A stretch of DNA of 64,000 nucleotides, taken from Camelus ferus. Lineage: Eukaryota. This document shows positions 25,001-36,589 of this stretch, piece by piece. The stretch is from NCBI RefSeq assembly GCF_009834535.1, contig NC_045696.1, positions 92,382,001 to 92,446,000 of the forward strand, written 5' to 3'. Within the stretch, counting starts at the first letter, position 1. The number at the start of each line of letters is the position of its first letter. The notes below the pieces were generated by a model. It saw only the letters and a program-made list of their open reading frames with translations, made no database searches and was not told the DNA's origin. The position numbers and the translations under genes were made by a program.

Positions 25001-25751
25001 TTCCAGAGCAGAAGTTATTCCCTTAAAGTGGTTTAATGCCTCTAATGTACAAATGGAGTGCATTTTCTGGACACCGTGACTCTTAGAATTAATCATGTTT
25101 ACCACTTGCTTCCGGTCACCAAGAAGCTCAAAGCTTAATTTGTTGCCCGCTTGCAAGTACAGAGAACTTTTTGTGTTAAGTTTCTGCATTAACTTTAGCC
25201 CTGGTGTTAATCCTGGTCTTAACCCTATTGTCTTATCACTGCACCCAGAACCCCGCACATATTTCTGCTAGTTACTTTAAATATTAGTAATAAGGAGAAT
25301 CAGACAATTAAGCATACCTACTCCTACATACAAGTGATTTGTATATCAGGACTTTGGCTTCAGCCCATTGTTTGGAACTCAAAACATATTCAACCATAGA
25401 AATAACCCAAAGAGTCTATCCCACACAAGCCTATTTAAACTGACGCTATAAGCATACTCAAGTACTCTCTCTGCTGACTGTGCCTCCTAGCATCAGGTTT
25501 TCAGCTGGTACCCAGTAAGTTATTTATTAGTAATCCAAACTCTTCGATGAGCTGAATATCTAACTGGAGTTTCTAATCTTCATAGAGGTGCCTCACCAGG
25601 TACCTTCCAACTTCTTAGTTATGCATCAAAGAATGATGTGAGATAAAGTAAACTCAAGAAAACCTTGTGCAGATAAAATATTAAAATAAACAGAGCTCCC
25701 TAATATTTTCACAAAACCACTTGTCAATTTCTAGCAAGATAACTGGTTCTT

Positions 25752-25814
25752 TTTTTTTTTTTTCTTTTTGAGTTATAGTCATTCTAAGTGAAGTAAGCCA
25801 GAAAAAGAAAGAAA
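25752..25814 (-). mobile_element. Minimal (about 63 bp) inverted L1 insertion
   Basis: TSD AAGATAACT(G/A)GTTCTT at 25736-25751 and 25815-25830. Poly-T plus GAGTTATAGTCATT (L1 terminus, minus strand) fused to GTCATTCTAAGTGAAGTAAGCCAGAAAAAGAAAGAAAAA (L1, plus strand). Confidence 0.88.
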
Positions 25815-28319
25815 AAGATAACTAGTTCTTAAAGGAACATTCCAGCTAAGTTATATGAGGCATTAGTCTGAAGATGGCTTGGGTGTTGAGAGAGGTGTGA
25901 CATTTGTCACCCACTCATCCTTGGGGTGTTTTGGCTCATCTAGTGGAGAGGGCAGAAATTCTCTTCTTACCTCATGCCCTGAGTCCACCCATTCATGGCA
26001 GAGAATGCTCCTCCCAGGTTCAGACCCAGGAATGTGGCCAGATAGTCAAAACCATCAGCTCTCCTGGGAATGCTGACAGCTACTCCATCCAGGGGTGAAA
26101 AAGAGAATGACTTCTTACTGATAGTAAGCTCCTCTCATCCAGATGCCACACCATACACTTGGGAACAGCACATTTCACAGAGAGGGTGCACAGAAAGCTT
26201 GTTGAATGAATAAATGGTATTAGCTGGCACTATGGGATCTGGGAGCAAAGGACCACATGGTGCACAATAGGAAGAGGAGGAGGAAAAGAAGGAAGAGGAG
26301 AAAAGTCACGAAATCCCCTTTGCTGGAACAAAAGCTGGCTTTGGGCAAATTTATCAAATAGGATTTGAGACAGGACTGATTTGGATCGCGACTTCGGCAC
26401 TTACAAACCCTTTGAACTTGCTTTCCTCCTTATTAAAAAGGAGAGCTGTCCCTGTTGCAGTCGAGGGCCAACCACTCCCTGGTGTATGAGTCCTACCACT
26501 CCTCCCTTCTCAAGGCTTTTGAGCTTGCCTCTCTCCTATGCTGTCTGTTTCTGCCTCCAACCTGGATCATTCCTGACAGTATTCAAAGACACTATACAAA
26601 CTCCAACTTGAAAAAAAAAAGATCTCCCAGACCCCACGTCCCTCCAGCCATCATGCTGTTCACTCAGTTACAACAGAAATCCTCTAAAAGTTACTCATCA
26701 CTCTGATCAAAGCTTCCCCTGGCTTCAGTCAGTTTTCATCAAAGTCATTAATGATCTTCATCTTGCTGAGTCCAGCAGTCAATATTCAGCTCATCCTACT
26801 GAGACCTTATTAAAGCTGATTTCCCCAAAAGTGTGTGATCCCCACTCCACAGCATGGAGCCAGTGCCGAGAGATGCTGGATGACCTAGAGATTTCCTTTC
26901 CCAGCCTCTCTTACCAGCCCCAGAACCATGTGTGGCCATGGAGCTAGTTCCTGCCAATGGACAGAGTCCAGATCATTCAAGGTCTTACAGAGTATGGTAA
27001 GGAGTCTGGATGTTACTCTACGATTGGTAGGAAATCACCAGAACTGTTTTCAGCAAGGGCTTCTTTCTCCTTGGACTTGCAAGGCTCATTCCTGGGTAGG
27101 TCTTCAGCATTGACTCTTACTTACTCCCCCTTACCATAGATCTCTGCATGCCAGCTACTTCTTACCTTTCCCGGTCTCTGGTCCAAGACATCTCCACTAA
27201 CTTACCCATTCAAATAGCACGCCTTCCATCACCCTCACTCCATAGCGCTTACCATGACAATATATTACATTCATTTATTCTCAGACTTCAAAGTACCTCA
27301 GAATCACCTGGGCCCTTGCTAACAATGCACATTTCTTTCCCGAATTCCCAGGAACTCAGGAGGTCTGGGAAGGTGTCCAATAATCTGCATTTAGCACATG
27401 GGTACCTCAGATAGGTACACGGATGCCTTGTCCAGTCAGAGAGGTGTTGCCTTCCACACTTGGCCCCCCAGGAGGTAAACTATGCATTTTCAAAGAGGAG
27501 GAACCTCTGTTAAGGGAGAACTTTTATCATGTGGGACTACACCTGGTTTAACTAGAAGAATAGAGCCAACTAGCTGGGCAGCTTGTTTCTCTAGAACATT
27601 TCTGAATCATTCCAACTGCACAAACCCTGTTCCTAAAGCCCTGAAGTCATTGTGTAACTTTGAGTGTGTCACTTTACCTCTGTGGGTCTCCACTGTCATG
27701 TCTGTAAAATATGATTATATTGAACCAGATATTACCTTTGATCCTCTCAACCCCAGAAGTCTTAACTACAGTACTCATTTTACAGCACTTATACCTTTAA
27801 GCAATAACACGTAATATGAGGCAAACACTGAGCAACACAGGGGCTTGTTACAAAGGAGAAACGTCATTATAGGCCGCAGAACTATATAACAGCTTCCCGT
27901 GGCACCAAATAGCCAGTTAAAGCAATGTACTTTTAAGAGCTGAGTCTTGCACAACTGCCAGGGAGTTCTGAACATTTGATTGTAAACATTTCTGTGGTGG
28001 AAAATGCTAAGAACCAGGGCACTCACAAATGAACAATAAAAAGGATAAAGAAGGGAATCCCCCTCCCCAGCAAAAAAATTAACATAGAAATGCTACAGTA
28101 CAATTAGTCAACTTCACACATGCTCAAAACTCTAACTGCTAAACACAGAGGATTAGAGTATCCTTATTCCACTGATTACAAATCGTCAAATAGTGCAATT
28201 TTGTGAAGACATTCAAGGCAGACACATTAAGAAGGGGAAAAAGAGTTTTCCCCAAGACAACAGTGTCAAGACAATGTGGGTGGGGGAAGTAAAAGGACTG
28301 AGAAATGACCATTACCTCA

Positions 28320-28570
28320 TTTCACCGGAAATTATTTGTCAGGCCAAGTGCCGTGCTAGGCACAGGAGACATAAAGATGGCTAGAAAATAGTCTCTGTCC
28401 TCAAGGCACCGAGAAGTGTCAGCAGACAATTCAACTGCAATAGAGTTCAGCGGTGACACAAGGAGGCTGTGGTCCCCTTCACTAGGGGAGGGCCAGAGGA
28501 GGTTTCCCACAGCAAGTGATACTTGAACTAGGATTTGAAGAATGAGTACGAGTTTGCCTGGGAGTATTAA
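28320..28570 (-). mobile_element. L2 fragment
   Basis: GTGCTAGGCACAGGAGACATAAAGATG...GTCCTCAAGG...TACTTGAACTAGGATTTGAAGAATGAGTACGAGTTTGCC. Confidence 0.7.
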
Positions 28571-28639
28571 AAAAAAAAAGAATGCCTGCTAGATGCAGAA
28601 AATATTACAGGAAGATATTAATTGTGATTCCGTGTTAGT

Positions 28640-29055
28640 ATTTTTCTCTTTGCCATCGAATTCAGCCCTAAGGATAAATTGGCTTTGTGAGTTACTTTAG
28701 CCAATAGAATTCAACGGAAGTGATGATGCGTGAGCTCCAAGCCTAGCCCTCATGAGGCTTTTCACACTTTGCTCACCATCTCAGATCCCTGCAACCGCCA
28801 TGTGAGCAAGTGCAAGCTAGCTTTCAGGAGGATGAGCAATCACATGGAAGAGAGCCTTCCTAAACGAGCCAGTCCCAGCCAATCTGCCAGGTGACCAGAG
28901 ATGCAAGACCCAGGACAGCCAAGATCAGCTGAGCTGGTCAAGATCACTTGTTTTTCTCCTGGTAAACCACAGACTTGTGAGCAATAATAAATGATTGTTC
29001 TTTTAAGCTAGTAAATTTTGAAACAGTTTCTTCTGCAGCTACAGATAACTGAACG
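28640..29055 (+). mobile_element. MaLR LTR (MLT1H/I-like)
   Basis: GTGAGTTACTTTAGCCAATAGAA...CGCCATGTGAGCAAG...GACTTGTGAGCAATAATAAATGATTGTTCTTTTAAGCTAGTAAATTTTG...GATAACTGAA. Confidence 0.75.
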
Positions 29056-30289
29056 AGCTCCTTCTAACTTGAGCTTACCGTTTCATTAAATAGGGTTAAG
29101 AAAAAGAAGAATGAATTGAATCCTGACTTAATGTAGTAATTGGCCTCTTGGAATTTCCATAAATTCTTTTAAACCGTCTTGGTTTCACTTTGAGTCCTTC
29201 AACAATGCAGTTCTCACCCCCTAGATCAGCATCACAGATAGGATGAAACAAGACAGTGAAGGAAAAAGAAAAATCTTCTCTTGGTGTCGTTCTGCTCATC
29301 AATGCCCACTACATTCATCATCTCCCCCGCCTGTTCCTCATCAAACTCAGTCAATGACACCCAGGAGCAACTGCCCAGAAAAGACCAAAAAGAAAAGAGG
29401 AAAAAGTTGTATATTTATTTTTCTCACCTATATACATTCGGACACAACATACATAAATGACTAAACGTAGAATGTTGCATCTCTTTTACTGCCTATGTTG
29501 ACTTTTAATTTATAATAAGTTGCTTGGTTTTGATGGTCTCAGACAGCCTCCACTCCTATTTCCTGATTTTGAGTATAAACACACTCTGCAAATTTTCCAT
29601 GACTGTCTTAGATTAAATCCAAGTAGCTCACAGAGATAATTTAATCGTCTGAATGCCCAACTACTAAGCCTGATTTTTGGGGATTCGGGTACAGCTACAT
29701 ATCCAAGGATAGGTCCCCACGATCTCTCTATTCCTCCATCCTACTGGGTTATTAAGTCTTTATCCATGCAGAAATCAGAAAATATAATATTCTTCTTCTA
29801 GAAGAGGATGTGAGATTTTAAAAAATACTATAAATCGTTTCTTGTCCAAGCTTAATTAATATAACTCAACAGTTATAATTCAGTATGGACAAGGACCTAC
29901 CACAGAAAGGACACAAAATCATGATCCTAGAAAGTCTGTTTATTCAGTTTTGTGTTGCAAAATGCTTTTCTCTGAGCTGGTGGGGAAAAAAGGAATATTT
30001 ACAACTCAGTGAGCTAAACAAAGAGTTTTGTTAGCTGACCTTTCCATCTGTGAACAAGGCTGTCCAGAAGATAAAATTTGACCATGTTCTGCTCTTGCTC
30101 ACAAGTTCAGAATACTCTCTGTTATGTTTTCTGTCATTTAACTTTCATAGAAGGATGGCACATGGGACATAGCATCTAATTCTGCTTCTTCCAAAACTCC
30201 ACTGAACTGTAAGAGGGCTTTTTCCTTAAAAATATAAAACACATATTATAAAACAGCATAAAACTAAACACACACACTCACTCTCACAA

Positions 30290-30495
30290 GTGAAGCTAAA
30301 ACTGGTGAAATCTGAATAAGGCCAGTGGATTATATTAAAGTCAATTTCCTGATTCTGATATTGTATTGTTTATGCAAGATGTTACAGTTAGGGAAAGCTG
30401 GATGAAGGGCATATGGGACTTCTCTGAATTATTTCTTCTAGTTTTATGTGAATCTAGAATTATCTAAAAATAATAAGCCTAATTTTTAAAAAGTA
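30290..30495 (+). mobile_element. Old L1 3' UTR fragment (L1MC/L1ME-like)
   Basis: AACTGGTGAAATCTGAATAAGG...TCAATTTCCTGATTCTGATATTGTA...ATGCAAGATGTTAC...GGGAAAGCTGGATGAAGGGCATATGGGAC. Confidence 0.75.
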
Positions 30496-31000
30496 GACTT
30501 GCAGAAAAAGGAAGAAAAACAATGGATAACATCAATAAAATGTTGGAAGCGGTCAAGCAGATGGATATGAGATAGCTGTCTTAGCTGACTCCAGAAGCCA
30601 AATTCCAAAAGTGCATTAAGGAAAGTTGAGAAGCAACCTTATTTAATCACAGAATTAACAGAAGATTTGGGAACTGGTAGCAACAGGCCCTGCAGGAAAT
30701 GGAGTGAGAGGGCTAGGGGCGGCTAACCAACCCAGGATCTGATAAAGGCTCTTCTAGAAGCAGCTAGGTCCCTAGAGTGCCCCCCTCCCCACCCCTGAGA
30801 CACTGCTCCTCCCCCTACTCACTGCTGGAGGCGGGAGCTCTGCTCTGAAGACAGAAAGGCATAGGACCTCTGTACTGGGGACTCCCACAGCAGGTGAGTG
30901 AGGGAGAGCCAAACTGGAAGTAACAAAACAAAGTCAGTGAATGGATACGACCAGCGAAGATCCCGACCAGCGAAGATCCCGCTACCATTTTCACCTTCCT

Positions 31001-31152
31001 GTTTGCTGTTTTTAGTTTGTTTGTTTGAGAGGGAGGAGGTAACTATGTTTATTTATATAGTTATTTTAATGGAGGTACTGGGGATTGAACCCAGGACCTT
31101 GTGCATGCTAAGCATTTGCTTTAAACCACTGAGCCAATACCCTCCCCCTCCC
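31001..31152 (-). mobile_element. tRNA-derived SINE, camelid vic-1-like
   Basis: On the minus strand: GGGGAGGGTATTGGCTCAGTGG (A box)...CATGCACAAGGTCCTGGGTTCAATCCCCAGTACCTCCA (B box), then an A-rich tail. TSD CCATTTTCACCTTC(C/T)T at 30985-31000 and 31153-31168. Confidence 0.9.
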
Positions 31153-31443
31153 CCATTTTCACCTTCTTGACTCCCAGACCTTTGACAGCCAAGTATTTAC
31201 TCTCCAGGCTGGAAATTAAAGAATAATTTGTGGGGAATCTGACTCACCCAAGAAAAAACACATGGTGACATTGATATTGGGAGTATACCAAGCAGGGTTC
31301 AGTCAGGAAATCAGAGCCACTGAAAGTATTAGGGGACCATGGAGTTATCCTAGGAATCAGAGCTTGCACAAATGTCAAAGGACCTGGGGAAATGGAAGTC
31401 TGGAGGTGGGGAATCAGAAGAACAGAGAAAGTTACTATCCACT

Positions 31444-31750
31444 TTGGTAGACAAAATAGTGGTCCCCGAAGACATCCACATCCTACTCCCCAGAATATGT
31501 TCCCTTCCATGGCAATTGGAACTTTGTAGACATGATCAAGCTAGGGATCCTGAGATGGGAAATGATCCTGGATTATCTAGATGGGCCCAATATTATCACC
31601 ACAGTCCTCACAGGAGGGAGGCAGGAGAACCGAAATGAGAAAAAGGAGATTTGAAGACAAATCAGAGGTTGTAGTGATGTGTTTTGAGGATGAAGGAATC
31701 AGGAGCCCAGGAATAGAGTTGGCCTCCAGAAGCTGGAAAAGGCAAGAAGA
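31444..31750 (+). mobile_element. MLT1D-like LTR (partial)
   Basis: TGGTAGACAAAATAGTGGTCCCCGAAGACATCCACATCCTA...GATCCTGGATTATCTAGATGGGCCCAAT...GGCCTCCAGAAGCTGGAAAAGGCAAG. Confidence 0.85.
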
Positions 31751-32209
31751 AAAGGATGGATGGAAGGAAGGAAGGAAGGGGAGAAAAGAGGCAGGAAATT
31801 CAAAAAGGAGAGGGATCAAGGAGCCTAGGAGGATGGAGGAGAATAGAAGGATAAAGGAGCTCTTAGAAACATCAAACTGTTTTACGAATGAAACTGCCTT
31901 TCCTCAGCTGGACTGTTACTCCTTAACCCCAAGGCTTATGTTAAATCCAAAGCTAGGCAAATATATTTCAGAGAACCATGAAGCCACAAAACATGTCTAT
32001 TGTAGGCAATACTTCAGACAATGAACTATGTCCACTATTACTCACTAAAGTTATAAATGACCTCATTAGCATGTATGTTTCTCATTCTCCTTTCTTCCCA
32101 CCCACTCCCCCCAATACATTTTTTCTGCAGCTCTTAGAGTTTAAAAAGTACCTCTGGCTCATGAAGCTTTGTTTTTATCCTAGCCCTTCAAAGGCATTTT
32201 TATTGCCTT

Positions 32210-32600
32210 CCTAAACAAATACCCAACACGAGTGGACAGACACAAGTCCTCGTTGGTTTGGAGGGCAGAGGATATAAATCCGACCAAGACAGTCTTTGCT
32301 TTTATGGAACCTGTATCTCATGGGGGAGACTGATAATAAATGAACAAGTGAAAAAACAAGACACCGATTATGATAAATGTCATGAAAGGAATCCATAGGG
32401 GGATGTGATTGAGAGTAAGGGCAAAAAGCCTCCTTAGACCAGGTGCTGAGTGAGGCTTCCCTGAGGACGGCAAAGGCCTGTGGGAGAGCATTCCAGAGGC
32501 CCTGCCCAGGAGCTGGGGATAGAGTGGGCATTTCAACAAGCATAAGGGGCCCACCGCCCCAGAGGAATGGTGGTTGGGGAAGGAAAGCTAGGCGAGGTGG
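32210..32600 (-). mobile_element. L2 fragment
   Basis: AACAAATACC...AAGACAGTCTTTGCTTTATGGAAC...GGCTTCCCTGAGGA...GAGCATTCCAGAG. Confidence 0.65.
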
Positions 32601-33659
32601 GGAGGAGAGCAGCTTGGGATGGGAGAGGATTGGGACAAGGATAACCAGCTCTGCTAACTGACTGCCAAGCAGCTCCAGATCACAAGAGCAGCAAGACTGA
32701 GGTCCTTAATAGTCATTCAGAAGTACAAACTACTGCCTTTCAGTTCATCTTTTTATCTTTACATTAAACTTGAAAGAAAAGGCAGTAAAAGAAAGTGATT
32801 CCCCAGTAACCATAAAACACCCAGGAAAGGAGTGGAATGGCCACCTGTCTGGGAATCAATCCCTTATGTACTTCACATGCAGCCCAGTGTACTTGACTGC
32901 TAGGGAGAACTGAATATTGGATAAAACCCTCTAGTTTATTACAATTCCCACAACAATATTCAATTAAAGTAGCTGGTTCTCAATTATCTTATCTGTGAAA
33001 TGGGAGTAATGACTCTGCTCTTTTTTTCCCCCAAAAGTGTTAAAACTATGGAAGCTTTCATTCATTTACTACCTGTCTCAAGTCAAGGTCTTACATGAGG
33101 TGAAAGCAAAGTATTACTGTAGACATTTTTCACAGTAACTTCAGTTGTCAGCTAGCTAGTTTATAGCCTGAGCATTCATGCATAATTTCAGATTGCAACA
33201 TATTGTTCACTTTTCAAAATTTTAGATTACAGCCAGGGATGTGCCAGTGAGCCGAGTCAAAGACACAAAAAACAATACCATTTGGAAAAATTACCCATGT
33301 GTTTCTGGAGTTTACTAGAAATTGATGAGTAACCAACAATTTTCAGTCTAAACAATTAATCTAAAAGAGGCAAAACTGTAACTAAAGATGAGGTTATAAA
33401 TCTAAAATCTCTAAGGTAATTGTAGAGGCATTTGAATTCTACCAAATCCTCAATTGGGGTCTGAGACCAAATTTTTTTAGATTTTGCTATTTGCCATTTG
33501 TTAGGGGCCAGGTAGGTCTTTCAGGATCCCTCTGGGCCTATTACAAGTGATGGGCCGTACTCAGAAGTGCCTGTAGCACTCCATGCCCATGTTTATCTGC
33601 CCAGATGCTCAGCTCACCTTCTCAGCTGTACCTCTGGCCTCCACCCTCCCAGGCCAAGC

Positions 33660-34010
33660 ATCTCATTCATTCACTCAGTCATTTCTTCATTTATTCTACA
33701 AATACCTATGAAACTCCTACTCTGGGTTTGCACCAGGAAATGGGGACATGGTCGAATAGGACATAAAGAGCCCTGGCTCTGATGGTGCCCACACTATAGT
33801 GGGGAAGACAGACAGGAAACAAGTATAAACTATAAAGAAGGTGACATAGGAGGTAATGGGATGGGGAATAATCGGAGAATGGGGTGCGGCTTTAGACTGA
33901 GTAGTCAGGGAAGGCCTCTCTGAGGAGGTGACATTTGATCTGAGACGTTGAATGATGAGAAGAAAACAAGTCACTTAGGGAGGGTAGGTAAAGCATCACA
34001 GGCAGAGCTA
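33660..34010 (-). mobile_element. L2 3' end
   Basis: CATTCATTCACTCAGTCATT...GTAGTCAGGGAAGGCCTCTCTGAGGAGGTGACATTTGATCTGAGAC. Confidence 0.85.
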
Positions 34011-35146
34011 GATGCAAACAATTTCCAGCCTCCAAAATCACTGCTTTTACACGTTACATAACAATATGTATTTTGTGTGTGTGTGTGTGTATAAAAAATC
34101 TAGAATACTGTTTCCCAAAATATTAACAGTCATATTCTGGGTGGTAAAAATATGGGCAACTTTTATTCTCTTCTTTACATTTCTTGCAATTTCTAATTAC
34201 TCTATAATCCACATGAATTACTTATGTTAAAAAAAACTACTTTGAAAAGTTTTGTTTTTTCTAAGTATAATAACTCAGAGTTAAATGATCATTTTTATGC
34301 ATTTAATAAACCTCACTTATTTAGACTTTTTAGATTCAAAATCTGCGATAATTCTGGCCACCATGAGCTGAGGTTTGCCTTGCTATCATCCACGAAAATA
34401 AATTATTGGACATAATCCAAAGAAAGCGATTAGTCCAGTGTAGAGACAAAACCAATAAGCTGCTCTTTTCTAGGCTTCCTGTTCAAACATCACTTGTACT
34501 GACAGCAAGTAGTTGTCTATAGGCTCTCTTTACAAAAAGCCTGCCTCTGCCCCAGGTCATCACCTGCCCTCGAGAACAACAGCACTGCAATTCTGTCAGA
34601 ATGTTCTTTTAACTCAGCCTTTTACTGGTCCCACTTCTATCTTTCTATCTTTTACTGGTCCCACTTCTATCTTTCCGACTTCTGTCTTTGCCCCAGTTAG
34701 GGAACTGGCGAGGAGTTTTGCTGTGCTTAGTAAATTTAGCATGTTGAAAACAGCTGAGAAACCATGTATGTCTTATTACAGAAGTTAGAATCCTACTATC
34801 CTAGAGCAGACATGTAATTCTGGGAAATAATTCGTTTCAGTCACCAGACATGGCAGTGACCGAGCCCTGGAGTGGCCGTGTGGGAGGGAGGCGGCAGCAG
34901 CAGTGAACAGGCTGAAAGGTGCTGGGAGCTGAGGTAAGAGACTGAGAAGTCTGGAACTTCTTTTCCTGGAGAGGAGCTTGGGTAAAATGCAGCACCACGT
35001 GTCAGGCGGGATGTGATCGGGAAATGTGCCATGTGCACGCCCATTTGCATTTGGATCCACCTGGCAGTTCCCAGAGCACCTAAAGGGCTGTTACGGCCCT
35101 GGCACCTTAGAAGGTCCCACCACGGAACTCAGGACTCCCACTCAGA

Positions 35147-35850
35147 CTTGCAGTGTTCCGGGTGCTTCTGAAAAATAGAGGTTTCTGGACTCCACTCCCA
35201 AAGACCCCAGTTCAGCAGGTCTGAGCTGAAGCTTCCAAATCTGTGTTCTTCCAAATCTCCTGCAGGTGACACAGCCGGGTTTGGGAGCCTGAACTTCAGG
35301 GCGCAAAGCCGGCAGGCCCGCTGAGCAATACGTTCCGAGGTAGAACTTGGCAGGAGCAGGCTGGCGGCCAGGGCCCAGAGCCGCTGCTCCCTTACCGAGT
35401 GAGAAGGTTTTCCAGCACAGAGGATCTTTTCCAGACGAGCTGGAAAGGACTTGGCATCTGGAATGCTTGACATTTCCAAAGTGGCTGATCATCAGAAGCA
35501 CTTGGGCAGTGCTGTTGGTTTCGGTACCGTTATTGTTCTTTATTGTTATTATTGTTTTAATGCAGAGTCTCAGGCCCCACCCGCGTCTGATGCAGGGTGT
35601 CTGGGATGAAGTTCACCAGTCTGCACTTTAACCATCCTGAGAGAGTGGCTTAGGAACCACTGCCCTAGACTAGTAGTCCTAAAACTTTAGAGCATGTCTG
35701 CCTCTCGGGCCGTAATTAAACAAACAACTCTAGAGATTCTGGCCCCACCTCCAGAGATGCTTCAGTAGACAGGATCCAGCAGTTTCTGTTTTTGACAAAC
35801 AATCATCTTGCAGAGAATCCAAGGACCACCCTTTCAGAAACTCTGATCCT
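35147..35850. mobile_element. Cluster of three degraded MER5-like hAT elements
   Basis: Three segments (about 35147-35295, 35475-35665 and 35670-35850) with MER5-type text such as CAGGCCCCACCC, AGATTCTGGCCCCACCTCCAGAGA and GGAACCACTGCCCTAGA. Confidence 0.6.
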
Positions 35851-36589
35851 GAACAATCCCCATACCCACCTCCTCTGCTTTTATGCACCAGGCTGACCAT
35901 GATCCCTGCTTTGCAGGAATCTGTCATTCAAAAGCAGAGAAGTCAAAGACATTGCATTACGATTCTTTAGTATCTGTCACAGTAGGCACCTGCCACAGCC
36001 TCACTGCTTTTCACAGGCTCCAGACAGATTCCTCACACATGCCAAACACATGGGGGCCACCAGCCACGGGTGAGGCCACTGCCCAGGGAAGCTCATACGG
36101 ACTGAGTTGAGGGGGAAGAGCAAGTCAGAAATGGGAAGGAAGGCCAAGGCTGGGCCACCTTATCAGGTACCACTTATTAGAGCGACATGAGACAACAGAC
36201 AGGACATAAAGATTGAGCTGAGCATTCGAGACCAGGAGAAGGACACAGAGCTACAGCTGGGGACCCTACCATGAACACAGCAGGGCTCTGGGTGCTCGAG
36301 GCAGGCCTGTGAAGGAGCCTGATTAAAGGAGGCAGATGACAATCACGAACCTGAGCACAGAGAACATCCATGAATTGAGCAGCCATGCTTTCCCAGCAAG
36401 AGGGATTTTCAGAGACATGACTGGGAATCCCACACTCACGGCTGCTGGGTCAGAGGGACATGCTTAGTGAACAAGCCTGGCTACCTGGGGACAGACGTTG
36501 GAACTCAGTTTGCCGTACTGACTCTCTGCTGACATGGCAATAGTCACATGAACTTACAAACGAGGAAATCAACAGAATTACATCCCCAG

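Noticed and set aside
31068..31150. tRNA gene
   Set aside because: The A and B boxes belong to the SINE head, which has an A-rich tail and TSD. No intact cloverleaf.
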